A DNA stretch of 32,000 nt from Paramicrosporidium saccamoebae KSL3 (Eukaryota; Fungi; Cryptomycota). Positions 8,182 through 17,966 of the stretch are shown here, piece by piece. The stretch is from assembly GCA_002794465.1 (NCBI GenBank), contig MTSL01000189.1:13440-45439 (forward strand), read 5' to 3'. Position numbers and translations under genes: made by a program. Each line of letters starts with the position of its first letter. Positions within the stretch are counted from its first letter, which is position 1. Under the pieces are notes generated by a model that had not been told where the DNA came from, searched no databases, and saw nothing but the letters and a program-made list of their open reading frames with translations.

Positions 8182-9132
8182 ATGAGAAAGCGGCCCGAGG
8201 AAAAACGCACACCATCGCCGCCCATATCACCGCCGCCCATATCATCGCCGCCAATAGCACCGCCGCTGATCCCAACGCTGCGTCATCGCGAACTGCTGCC
8301 GTCGCCACCCTCAGCAGGAAACTCGGCAACGCCACGGAAGGCAATACCTGGTTTTGTCAGTAAGCTCTTCCGAATGGTAAACGAGTCAACCAGTCTCATA
8401 CAGTGGAACCCTACGGGGACTTCGTTTATTGTGCAAAGTCCAGAAGAGTTTAGTCGCAGTGTCCTCCCCCGTTACTTTAAACACAACAACTTTAGCAGCT
8501 TTGTGCGGCAGCTGAACATGTACGGATTCCACAAGGTGCCTCAAACAGCCATGGAACAGTCCTGGGAATTCACCAACAGTGCCTTTCAGAAGGGCCGGCC
8601 GGACCTTCTTGTCAATGTCCGTCGGAAGGCTGGCGCCAAAGAGGAGGAGACAGTGGTAGGGAATTCCGAGGGCGCCTTGTCTGGCATCCTTCAAGAAGTC
8701 GCTGCGCTACGGATGCAACAGAGTGCACTAAGGAGCGACCTGAGTTCGATCCAGCGGGACAGCCAGCTGCTTTGGTCAGAGACTTTGGCTGCCCGAGAAA
8801 GACACCAGCAACAACAGGCCATAATTGACAAGATTTTGCGTTTCCTCGCCTCTGTATTTTCGCCCGACAAGTCTTTGGGACAGCTGACTCCGCGGAAACG
8901 GCCCCTGATGATTGAGGAGCTGTCCGCCGAGGATCCATTATTCACTGGTGATGGTAATCAGGCGCGCATCTTTGACGCCATGAAGACTGCCGAGGGTATG
9001 CAAGGCGATCTTGATTTTCTGGTTGATAATCTTGATCCCAAGCTGCTACAAGAAGCACAACCCCCACTTGATATTGACTGGAGCGAGTATTCTCATCTAT
9101 ATGGGGGGACAGAGGATGACTTGAACATGTAA
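8182..9132 (+). CDS. HSF1: Heat shock transcription factor (HSF DNA-binding domain plus coiled coil)
   Basis: FVSKLFRMV...IQWNPTGTSFIV...VLPRYFKHNNFSSFVRQLNMYGFHKV, followed by an HR-A/B-like heptad region (LWSE...ERHQQQQAIIDKILRFL). The HSF1 versus Skn7-type assignment rests on the heptad and the absence of a receiver domain. Confidence 0.85.
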   Translation: MRKRPEEKRTPSPPISPPPISSPPIAPPLIPTLRHRELLPSPPSAGNSATPRKAIPGFVSKLFRMVNESTSLIQWNPTGTSFIVQSPEEFSRSVLPRYFKHNNFSSFVRQLNMYGFHKVPQTAMEQSWEFTNSAFQKGRPDLLVNVRRKAGAKEEETVVGNSEGALSGILQEVAALRMQQSALRSDLSSIQRDSQLLWSETLAARERHQQQQAIIDKILRFLASVFSPDKSLGQLTPRKRPLMIEELSAEDPLFTGDGNQARIFDAMKTAEGMQGDLDFLVDNLDPKLLQEAQPPLDIDWSEYSHLYGGTEDDLNM

Positions 9133-9223
9133 TCATAATAAACGAGCTGTTGTGTGTCACCAAGTGGATAGGTAGCGAGATCAAATGAATGTAGAAGACT
9201 AGATGCAGATGAGTTGGCGAGTA

Positions 9224-9260
9224 CTCATCCGAAATCGGCAGGCGCTCATCCGAAATCGGC
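9224..9260. repeat. 16-bp direct repeat CTCATCCGAAATCGGC x2 (21-nt period)
   Basis: Copies lie at 9224-9239 and 9245-9260, and each contains the palindrome CCGA-AA-TCGG. Confidence 0.8.
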
Positions 9261-9367
9261 CGGTCCCATTTTACTACAGACCTCACCTGCGAATGCTTTT
9301 AAAGGGTTTATTAATATAACGACTTGCAACCAGATTCCGTCTTGGTCATAAACCTCTTTGAAAAGAC

Positions 9368-10924
9368 TTAGATTTCATCTCTGTCATAATGTTCCACCAA
9401 CGTTCTCATTTCTTGGAGCTTGAATAGTGGCCCTAGTCCAATAGACCGTATAATTGCCATCACTTCGCTTGCAATCTTTGTGTTTCCCCCTCCCGGCCAA
9501 TTTTGCATCTTTACTCTAAAGTCATGCCACGATGAGACGTTTTTGAAAAGGTTCCCGAAAACGAGCTTATTATCATCCAGGATCAGATATGCCCAGGATG
9601 CAACAACCATAGACATTGTAGTCACTGAGATTGGATCGTACAAGAATCCCTCTTCTACGAGATGCGCGACTCGGTTAATAACCCAATCACCAATATTACT
9701 CACAGTTCCTTCTTGCGTTCTGCAGTTGATATTCGTTGGTAGATACTTTTTTGATAGCTTCTTGAGGAGGTAAACGCTACACTCATCCTCCGTCATGGCA
9801 ACTTTTGCGCGGGCACGGACCATCTGCATAACTCGCATATCAAGCCACAATGTCCGCTTATCCCCTAAGCTTCGCATATGGGATGGCAAGTAGATAGGAT
9901 TGAATCCTCGAACTAAAGACTTCCAGTGCAGTCCCGGGTGACGCTCACATCTGGCGACTATACGTTGCACGTATAATGGTGGGAGGTATGCATGACCCTT
10001 GGAAAGAATACTTTCAAACGCAATCAAAGTCTCTCGAGACCTATCAAACGCCTCAACGTATAGCGCAAAGCTCGCCAGACAGCTCCAGTAGCTAATGTCT
10101 GTCCTGTTAGTAATCCCAAGCAACTTCCACAGAAAGAGCCAAGCATTCCCCTTTTCATCGCTAGGGTCTAGATCTAGACTCTCGGCAAGCCTCTCTTTGG
10201 CATCGACAGCAAGCGGCAAATCTTCCAAGTTGGAAGAAATTTCTCGACATGCCTGCAGCACCAACAGATTGCGGAGCGTCCACTCATTGATGTTTACGGG
10301 CTCGTTCATGTACTTTATAATCAATGCGCTGAATGTATCCGAGTACGGCTGCGTCGGGTCCAAAAAGACTGCCAGTATCTCAGGTGTCAGGATAGGAAGA
10401 AATTTTTTGAAACTAACAAATGGATCTGCTGTCTTGATAGAATTCTTCAAAAGTATTGTCATGTTGGTCAGATCCTGCATCTTCATAATCTGGTTCTTCA
10501 TAGTTGTCAACAGAAAACTTTGAACCTCATCGTCCGTAAAGGCCTCTAAAATCTCAGGATTCTGCAGTGGTTTGTGAATATTCACTTGGTAGGAAACATC
10601 CAGGTGGGTTATTTTCTCTGCCAAGGTTGACTCCCAGGCCAATTTGCACAAGCCGTACACCGTTCCGTGGAGGTCCCTAATATGGGCGTACCGTAGCAAT
10701 TCAGCTATGCGCTCCGCTGTCTCGTACTCGGAGCAGTAAAAGTACTCAGCGTTATTCAAAGATGACAACACTGTAGAAACCGTCTTTAAATTCCTCTCCG
10801 TAATAGCAAACGTGTGCATCATAACGTCGACTGCCATGGGTTGATGTTCTTTTGCCAGACTGTGGACATCAAATGTCACTATCACCGCATTGGCCGTGAG
10901 CAGGAACAACAATAGAAAGAACAT
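9368..10924 (-). CDS. Secreted family A protein A2, 518 aa
   Basis: Signal peptide MFFLLLFLLTANA; alignable end to end with A3. Confidence 0.9.
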   Translation of the reverse strand: MFFLLLFLLTANAVIVTFDVHSLAKEHQPMAVDVMMHTFAITERNLKTVSTVLSSLNNAEYFYCSEYETAERIAELLRYAHIRDLHGTVYGLCKLAWESTLAEKITHLDVSYQVNIHKPLQNPEILEAFTDDEVQSFLLTTMKNQIMKMQDLTNMTILLKNSIKTADPFVSFKKFLPILTPEILAVFLDPTQPYSDTFSALIIKYMNEPVNINEWTLRNLLVLQACREISSNLEDLPLAVDAKERLAESLDLDPSDEKGNAWLFLWKLLGITNRTDISYWSCLASFALYVEAFDRSRETLIAFESILSKGHAYLPPLYVQRIVARCERHPGLHWKSLVRGFNPIYLPSHMRSLGDKRTLWLDMRVMQMVRARAKVAMTEDECSVYLLKKLSKKYLPTNINCRTQEGTVSNIGDWVINRVAHLVEEGFLYDPISVTTMSMVVASWAYLILDDNKLVFGNLFKNVSSWHDFRVKMQNWPGGGNTKIASEVMAIIRSIGLGPLFKLQEMRTLVEHYDRDEI

Positions 10925-11767
10925 GAAAAATTATTGCGCCGTCAGGGCTGTCCAGGGCTGAGTAATACAAGAAGATGCCAATGCTGCGACACCTGGGCGA
11001 CTCTCATTAGTCAATAATGATTCATAACCATAATAAAGTGGCCTAACCTCGTACGCCCAAGCCAGGCCATTGCGGCATTTAAATTCAAAGGTTTTTACTC
11101 TATTTATGTATTAAACGTATAGACCAGAGCCTTCCATGTAACCACTACGATATCACCTACGAGTTATCGTATGGCAGACATGACAGATTAATTAACCACA
11201 CCCTACCACAATCCATTACATATCACCCAGTAGTTCACAACTACACAATGTATACTGAGCCCAATTAAGCACTCTACACCTTGGTCAATAGAGGTATAGA
11301 TCCCGACACCAGTGGCGCAGCCGTCCGGCCGCAGATCCACGAGGCATGTGAAGTGATATAATGATTGGCTGGTTTTAGTTGACTTGGTATAGTAACTAAA
11401 TCCCTCCCCCTCAAACGGCGGTGACAAAGGCTGTGGTAACCTTCCTACTATGTGACAAGACAAAGAACCCATTTTATACTGGACAACCCTTACCAAACAT
11501 TGAGGTTATAGTATAGGGGCCCTAACCCACGTACAGGGACCGGGAGCTGTTTTTGTGGGGTTTAATGCCATTTATCGAATGGATTTTCCATCTGATCATG
11601 TTATGCATAAAATTGCTATCCCTTCAACGCGTTTTGTCGGTACCATTTCTTGGAGCAGCAAGGGAAACTTTTATTATCAATTATACCGTATTTATATAGT
11701 ATTTCTGGTTCCAATCTTGCTAATATGTGGTGATTAATTCGGCACCTCGCAGATGCACTACATGGTA

Positions 11768-13519
11768 CTAGGAGCTTGTATCCATATCTGATCCACTATC
11801 GGAGTAGGCTTTGTATTCATTGTTGCAGCCAGCATCCAAGTCGGCTTCGAATTCATTGTTACAGCCACCATCAGAGCAGGCTTGGTATTCACTATTGTCG
11901 TCAGTATCCGGATAGGCTTCGTATTCATTGCTACAGCCACTACCCGAATAGGCTTCAAACTCGTTGTTGTAACCAAGATCCACCATTGCCCTAACCTCTT
12001 GGAGTGTGAAAGTTTGCTGCAGTTGAATGGACCGTAGTCTCTCCATGACAGGAAAAGCAGAAAGTATGCTTCCTTCCGGCCAGTTGGACATTTTCTCTTT
12101 AAAATCGTCCCATGACGAGACATTGTCAAAAAGTCGCCCAAAGTCGAGCTTTTGGCCGCTCCAAATCAGGTAAGCCCAGGACACGACAATGATGATCATC
12201 GTAGTCTTTGAAAAGCTTTCGAGCATGTATGAGCCATCTATAATGATATTCTCGGCTCTGTTTATAATCCAATCACCCAAATTGATGAAATTTCCCTGAC
12301 CCGTGGTAAAGGCGAGATTAGTGGGCAGGCATCCCTGTACCAAATCATCGACTACATACAATTCCCATTCCTCTTCCGCTTCAATAATGCCGCGTGGCGC
12401 AGAGAACATCCGCATGACTTGTCCGCCAATCCACAATGTCCGCCTCTCCTCTAGGCTGCGCAAATTGACTGGCAGGTACACAGGGTTAAGACTTTGGATC
12501 CACGAATTCGAATGCATTCCTGGGATAAGTACATATCTGGCGATTACGCGTTGCACGTATAATGGTGGAAGGTATTCAAGACCTTCGGAAAGAATTTTTC
12601 TAAGCGCCATATGAGTATTCCGAGACTCGTAAAGCGCGTCCACATACAGCGTCAAGCTCGCCAGACAACTCCAATAAATAATGTCTGTTCTGCCCGTGAT
12701 TCCAACCAGCTCTTCCAGGAATTTCAAATAATTAGTCTCTTCATCGTTGGAGTGTAAAAGCAGGCTCTCTTCGAGGCTCTCTAAGGCGGCAATGGCGAGT
12801 TCTAAATGGTCCACATACAAGCAAATCTCCCGACATGCCTGCAGCACCAACAAATTGCGAATAATGTACTCGGGACCATTTTCGAATTCAGACATGTAGT
12901 CAGTGATCAGTGCTTTTAACGTCTCATAATGCGGCTGTGGTAGGTCCATAAAGACTTCCAGTATCTCTGGTGTCAATATAGGAAGAAATTCGTTGAAAGC
13001 AGCGACCGGGTCGGCTTTTACAAGATATTGTCTCAAAAGCTTTGCCATGTTGCTTAGATCTTGCATCTCCATAATTTGATCCCTCATAGTCGCCAACAGA
13101 AGACTTTGAATCTCCTCGTCTTCATAGAGTTCTAGATAAGAAAGGTCTCGCAGTGGCTTATGGACATCGATTTGGTAGTGTCGATTCTCACGCACGATCC
13201 TGTCTGCGAGTTTCTTCTCCACAGACAGCTTCCGTAAGCTATACACCCTTTCGTGCAAGTGTACAAGGTGACTATACTGAAGCAGCGCATCTATACGCTC
13301 CTGTGTCTCGTACTCGCCGCAGTAATAATGTTCAAATTCAGACGAGGATGACAGCACATTCGCAACAACCTCTAGATTAGGTTCTGTAATATCAAACGTG
13401 TGCATGATGATAGCAGCTGCTCTTGGTTGATGATGCTTCATAATATTGTGGAGACTAAACTCTATCCTCAGGGCATTCGCCGTAAGCGACAACAGCGATA
13501 ATAGCAGCAAGACGAGCAT
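11768..13519 (-). CDS. Secreted family A protein A3, about 583 aa, with an acidic C-terminal repeat tail
   Basis: The track start is TTG; the first ATG is at 13519 (MLVLLLLSLLSLTANA). It is a close paralog of A2. Confidence 0.9.
   Translation of the reverse strand: MLVLLLLSLLSLTANALRIEFSLHNIMKHHQPRAAAIIMHTFDITEPNLEVVANVLSSSSEFEHYYCGEYETQERIDALLQYSHLVHLHERVYSLRKLSVEKKLADRIVRENRHYQIDVHKPLRDLSYLELYEDEEIQSLLLATMRDQIMEMQDLSNMAKLLRQYLVKADPVAAFNEFLPILTPEILEVFMDLPQPHYETLKALITDYMSEFENGPEYIIRNLLVLQACREICLYVDHLELAIAALESLEESLLLHSNDEETNYLKFLEELVGITGRTDIIYWSCLASLTLYVDALYESRNTHMALRKILSEGLEYLPPLYVQRVIARYVLIPGMHSNSWIQSLNPVYLPVNLRSLEERRTLWIGGQVMRMFSAPRGIIEAEEEWELYVVDDLVQGCLPTNLAFTTGQGNFINLGDWIINRAENIIIDGSYMLESFSKTTMIIIVVSWAYLIWSGQKLDFGRLFDNVSSWDDFKEKMSNWPEGSILSAFPVMERLRSIQLQQTFTLQEVRAMVDLGYNNEFEAYSGSGCSNEYEAYPDTDDNSEYQACSDGGCNNEFEADLDAGCNNEYKAYSDSGSDMDTSS
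11795..11974 (-). repeat. 36-nt (12-aa) coding tandem repeat x5, approximately G(C/Y)NNE(F/Y)EAYSDS
   Basis: On the + strand GGCTT recurs at 11807, 11843, 11879, 11915 and 11951. Confidence 0.9.
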
Positions 13520-13527
13520 GACCAATA

Positions 13528-13536
13528 CCCCCGGTC
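13528..13536 (-). promoter_or_regulatory. GACCGGGGG start-proximal motif
   Basis: 8 nt upstream of ATG13519. Confidence 0.55.
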
Positions 13537-13837
13537 AGTGGCCCTTTTATCCATTCCGGGCAATAATATATTCTCTGGATATCAAAGATTTGCTGGTACA
13601 GCAGACGCTATATCTATTGGAAATCCATGTCATCAAACGATTGGAAATTAATTTCAACCATTTTCCCGGATCCAATGCGCCACGTTCTCGTAGATTATTC
13701 AAATTGTATTACAAATTTACATTGCGGATGCCTAGGATTCTAGCTGAGAAGAAAAGGAAACAGTGAGAAGATGGACTCGGACGCGAGGAGCCTAATGACT
13801 GGCCTTAGGCAGGCTCTAAATAAGGCCTTTTGCACTC

Positions 13838-15274
13838 TTAGAGCTCTGATTTTGTCGGTTCCTGAAGAGATGCAGTCTCTATTTTGGGCATTTCGGACAT
13901 TTTGGACATTTCGGACGTTTTGAACGTGTTGGACACTTCGTCCGCCCATCTCCCAACTTCAAGATCATTGTGTTGTGTGGGCAACAGCTTGCAGACGGCG
14001 TATAGCCAATCTAAAACTGCAAATTTATCGATCCGACGACTAGACATGGCTGCTTGATTGACCAGTTCTTGTGAGCAGACAGAGGTCCGAGAGTGTATGC
14101 TTACGAGCACGCTCAAATGCGCACCGTAGGCAGCATCTAGCAGACCATCTTTGGATGGTCCGTGAGAGTGGTCGTGGGTCCACTCCAGGAGATTGGCATG
14201 CCCATGTCTGGCGGCGGCATCAGCAATTACCGGCGATGAAGAAAGAGTGAGATCCCTCGATAGCGCCCACTCAATAGCGGTCAAATGCCGTCCCTCAGCA
14301 GCCAGAGCCAATGCATAAGTATCCGGCAGCACATTAAATGTGGAATGCAACCAAGCAATAATATCAATATGGCCATGGGAGGCGGCCAGTGACGTCAAAT
14401 CTGCCAATGGGCTGTTGTTCTTATCATACAGCCACACCAGGACATTAAGATGACCGTTTTTGCAAATGCTATGGACATTATTCGGCAGAGTTCCAGCTAC
14501 CCTCTGTAACCACTCTAAAATTGAAAGCTGTCCGCTTGATGCGGCACAATTTGCCGCCTTTTGGTATAGGAACTCCTCTCGCTGGTTCTCGGATTGATAC
14601 TCTGATTGAAGCTGCTTGAGATTTCCCTGTTTGGACAATATGCAAATCTGGCTCACGCGGCTTGGTTTGACTTTGGCAGTTTCAATGAGCCAGGCCGCTA
14701 TGTGCCACTGCGATCCTTCTATTCCAGAGTCTAGTACGCTCTCTGGTAGGAATTGTATTTGAAAAGTCTCAAAAACCCACGTCAAGACACCCAAATGACC
14801 TCGAAGTGCCGCCACTTCGATCGAGTAGATGGTGGGGACTACACTGAACGTGACAAACAGCCAATGTGCAACGGCTTCGTGACCAGCTTCAACGGCGGTG
14901 CCTATCAAAATGTCAGCAGTAGCAAAACTGGCCCTCCTAGACCGTGCCCATTTCAAAGATTCTAGACTGCCCGTCAAGGCAGCGTGTAATAAGACATCCT
15001 CATCAATATAATATCCAGGATTACCACTGGCCAAGGCCTCTAGTAGTTCTACGCAGTTTCTCTCAGCGAGCCAAATGTCACAGCTGGTCCGGAATCGAAC
15101 TTTACCAGAAGCCATGGCAACACAGTGTGCAGGAATCTTGTCATAGCCACGCCGGAGGACATTTTCCAGAGTCTGTAAATCCTTAATGCCCGAAACTGGC
15201 GTATCTAAGGAGATCTTGGCACAGTTGGTCACAGATGAAACGATAACGCATAGCCACCCGAGGCTGATCTTCAT
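13838..15274 (-). CDS. Secreted short-period ankyrin-like repeat protein, about 478 aa
   Basis: The track start is GTG; ATG15274 gives the signal peptide MKISLGWLCVIVSSVTNCA. It has about 11-12 repeats of AAxxGHLxxLxW spaced about 27-29 aa apart and ends in KSEL. Confidence 0.85.
   Translation of the reverse strand: MKISLGWLCVIVSSVTNCAKISLDTPVSGIKDLQTLENVLRRGYDKIPAHCVAMASGKVRFRTSCDIWLAERNCVELLEALASGNPGYYIDEDVLLHAALTGSLESLKWARSRRASFATADILIGTAVEAGHEAVAHWLFVTFSVVPTIYSIEVAALRGHLGVLTWVFETFQIQFLPESVLDSGIEGSQWHIAAWLIETAKVKPSRVSQICILSKQGNLKQLQSEYQSENQREEFLYQKAANCAASSGQLSILEWLQRVAGTLPNNVHSICKNGHLNVLVWLYDKNNSPLADLTSLAASHGHIDIIAWLHSTFNVLPDTYALALAAEGRHLTAIEWALSRDLTLSSSPVIADAAARHGHANLLEWTHDHSHGPSKDGLLDAAYGAHLSVLVSIHSRTSVCSQELVNQAAMSSRRIDKFAVLDWLYAVCKLLPTQHNDLEVGRWADEVSNTFKTSEMSKMSEMPKIETASLQEPTKSEL
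13880..13942. repeat. 9-nt degenerate tandem repeat (CATTTCGGA-like, about 7 copies) in the ankyrin gene tail
   Basis: Units at 13889, 13898, 13907, 13916 and 13925 encode SNTFKTSEMSKMSEMPK. Confidence 0.75.
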
Positions 15275-15280
15275 AAGACG

Positions 15281-15286
15281 CCCTGG
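15281..15286 (-). promoter_or_regulatory. CCAGGG start-proximal motif
   Basis: 6 nt upstream of ATG15274. Confidence 0.55.
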
Positions 15287-15578
15287 CACCTGGTCGATGC
15301 GACACTGATTATCAAAATTCTTTATTCTGGGTCCGCAAATCTGACATGTTTTCTCACAATAGATTTGTTGTTGGGTGAGCTAAATTTTATTAATGTGTGT
15401 GGCTTCCTTGTACGTAGCCATTCTTAATACAACCAAACTGGGCTGTGGGACCGCTATCTGGGTCGGACTCGCCAATAACAAGCGGATGCTGTTTTTAACA
15501 AGATCTTTTATTCATCTACTCTTTCGCTCTGTCTCACTCGCCTTATCCCACTCACTATACCTCAATCACACACTCATT

Positions 15579-17711
15579 CTACGGCTTGGGCGATTTGAAA
15601 TATTCTGAAAAAAATCCTGCGCAATCAGGAGATCTAGATGTCAAGGCCTGGATGAAATCTTCTTCGCTCAATACATGTCCAAATTGGACGGCCAGTGCGA
15701 CAATGTTCACTTTATCATTATGGATGGCTAGCCGCACCTCATCCGGCCCCAACTTTACACAATCCTGTGTAACAAGATATTCGACAATTTTCCTTGCGCC
15801 ATTGGTAATAAAAGTGTCCAAATGCTTAGCCACTTTGGTGAGATCCAATCCGTAATTACTTTCAAAATACTTTAAAAACTTTAGCGCGTCACTAATGGCC
15901 ACACTGGATAGTACTTCAAAGAACCTCTCAGCCGTATGGGCTGGCAGGATAATCTCTGGGTTCCGCGGTAGTTGATGCAGATCCGTTAAAAATTTCACAT
16001 TCAACGTCGCGTAAATGATTTCCTGGTGCTGGTCAAATCGTGAAGAGAGCCAGAGACGCATCCAGAGGTCTTGATCGTAGCAGGAAGTCTTGTAAATGGT
16101 TGCAATGTAGCTGTGGGCTACTGCTTGGTTTTCAAAACTGCTCAACGAGAATGCTTGAATACAAAAGAAAATGTTAAAATACCGTGCGAGATAAGAGCTA
16201 CTGAGCAATATGCTGGGCGTTAGCTGAAAGTTTACATTCCCTCTGATCATATCCAAAAGACAGAGCGCATCGGTGCCTTTTTCCAGCTCGGCGCCAACAA
16301 GTGCGTCGAGCGTCAAGGGCCTCGCTTGGTTGTGCTTTGTTTTGTACGACTTGTCACACTTTTTCATTCTCTCAATTATGATGCGAGTAGAGGTCACCAA
16401 AGCTAATTTCCAGAGCTCATAATTCTTAATGTAATCAACATCAGCGTGTTGAGCTAGTGTAGTCTGCTGTTTAGCTATTGAAGGGATATTGATCGACTGT
16501 TCAGTGGTTGGATTCTCGGTGGATGAATGCTTGGTGACTAAATGCCTGGTGATTAAGTGCTTGGTGATTAAACGCTCGGTGATTAAATGCTCGGTGAATG
16601 AATTTTCGGTACTCAATTGTTCAGCGGATGGATTCACAATATTCAGCTGCTCAGCAGATGGATGTTCAATACTCAAATGTTCAGCACCCAAATGTTCAAT
16701 ACTCAAATGGTCAGCACCCAAATTTTCATTGCTCAAATGGTCAGTATTCAAATGTTCATTGCTCAAGTGGTCAGTATTCAAATGTTCATCCCTTTCTAGA
16801 CGCTCCACCGTTGCCATGCTGCTTTTGAATGATGCATCTTTACTGCAAAGGAAATCAATAATCTTGATGGCGTCATAGTCTATTAGCTCGGCCTTCTTTT
16901 CGCAGATGGCGGACAAGTCGAGCTGATCGGTAAGATACTTTATCGTCCCGACCGCATCATGTCTTGCAACTACTCCGAAAAAGGTCCAGAACAGACCCGG
17001 ACAGAGCTTGCGTAATGATGTCGAGTCTCTTCTTGGCAGTCTTGGGAGTATTTCGAAAAGGAGAGCATTGCCGCTGGCGTATAGTGCATCCATGTATATA
17101 CCAAAATAAGAGTTTACCCAGAGAGCATGCCAGAGATCAGAATCGTACCAATCACTTTTGTAAGACAGCGCAACGAACAGGTGGGCCATGAATGGAGATT
17201 CCCACCGTCGTAGGGGGATGGCCAAGAGACATTTTAGCACGTTTTGGTATCCATTGGTAAGGGACTGTTGGAAGAGCTCTGAGGGGCCCAGTGACCAGGC
17301 GGCACTACTACCAAGCATCTCACAGGCACACATTGGTTCTACTCCTTTCTTCACAATGGCCTCATGTAAAGCTCTCTCCAAGGCCGGCAGCCCCAAAGAT
17401 ACTCCGTCAAAGGTCCACAGCCCACGGAGACATTTTGGATAGCGAGCTTCTAGTTTAGCCCGAACGGCCCTAGCTAACTTTCGCAACTTTTGCTTTTCAT
17501 ATCTGGCATACTGTGAGATGGGGCTTTGGATCTGGGCGGTTACTCGCGCGTCAGTATTCAATGTCAATGCAGCCATATCTCCCCTGATATCACCAATACT
17601 TGAGGACTCGTCCTCAACCGAGTCATCAGGTGAGGACAGTTGTGGCAATGGCGATGACAGTACACCCCAAAAAAGAAAAGTGAGGAATTGCAGCGCAATG
17701 AAAGCGTGCAT
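15579..17711 (-). CDS. Secreted family B protein B1, about 710 aa: two modules with a His-rich pentapeptide linker
   Basis: The track start is TTG; ATG17711 gives the signal peptide MHAFIALQFLTFLFWGVLS. The module signature (AH..YxSxWYDxDLW / HSY..YDQDLWMRLW, LPR) occurs twice. Confidence 0.9.
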   Translation of the reverse strand: MHAFIALQFLTFLFWGVLSSPLPQLSSPDDSVEDESSSIGDIRGDMAALTLNTDARVTAQIQSPISQYARYEKQKLRKLARAVRAKLEARYPKCLRGLWTFDGVSLGLPALERALHEAIVKKGVEPMCACEMLGSSAAWSLGPSELFQQSLTNGYQNVLKCLLAIPLRRWESPFMAHLFVALSYKSDWYDSDLWHALWVNSYFGIYMDALYASGNALLFEILPRLPRRDSTSLRKLCPGLFWTFFGVVARHDAVGTIKYLTDQLDLSAICEKKAELIDYDAIKIIDFLCSKDASFKSSMATVERLERDEHLNTDHLSNEHLNTDHLSNENLGADHLSIEHLGAEHLSIEHPSAEQLNIVNPSAEQLSTENSFTEHLITERLITKHLITRHLVTKHSSTENPTTEQSINIPSIAKQQTTLAQHADVDYIKNYELWKLALVTSTRIIIERMKKCDKSYKTKHNQARPLTLDALVGAELEKGTDALCLLDMIRGNVNFQLTPSILLSSSYLARYFNIFFCIQAFSLSSFENQAVAHSYIATIYKTSCYDQDLWMRLWLSSRFDQHQEIIYATLNVKFLTDLHQLPRNPEIILPAHTAERFFEVLSSVAISDALKFLKYFESNYGLDLTKVAKHLDTFITNGARKIVEYLVTQDCVKLGPDEVRLAIHNDKVNIVALAVQFGHVLSEEDFIQALTSRSPDCAGFFSEYFKSPKP
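16488..16784 (-). repeat. 15-nt (5-aa) coding repeat, about 20 units: HLNTD-HLSNE...HLITK
   Basis: Visible directly in the translation and as 15/30-nt periodicity in the DNA. Confidence 0.92.
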
Positions 17712-17966
17712 AGATGCAATAGCCCCTGCATGGGCGTGCGAGAAATGTCTACGGATTAAGGACAACGCGCCTGCTGCTGAGCAAATTGGTTTTATTAAAG
17801 GATACGGCGCTTTTAAAGGCCGCCATCCCCAACATGACAGGAAGGAACTGTGGCATTGCCATCTGAATCGGACCCATCCAATAATAAGCGGATACTACTG
17901 CGGAAAGCTATATATGTGCATCAAAACCCTTTGGTTGCTATTATTACTAGATTTTCTATTCACGGG

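Noticed and set aside
9208-9250. PAC-like GATGAG motifs
   Set aside because: They lack the GCGATGAG context and lie between convergent 3' ends, not in a promoter.
11203-11737. ORFs 11203..11496 (-) and 11555..11737 (+), plus a 44-codon ATG ORF at 11565
   Set aside because: The two track ORFs have non-ATG starts. None of the three shows similarity to anything recognisable or to the local families, so they are treated as intergenic.
16488-16878. Canonical A(D/N)Lxx pentapeptide-repeat (Qnr/MfpA-type) protein, and the antisense ORFs over this repeat
   Set aside because: The residue two before Leu is D/E/K rather than small A/S/C, which is unfavourable for the Rfr fold. The + strand ORFs are shadows of the repeat.
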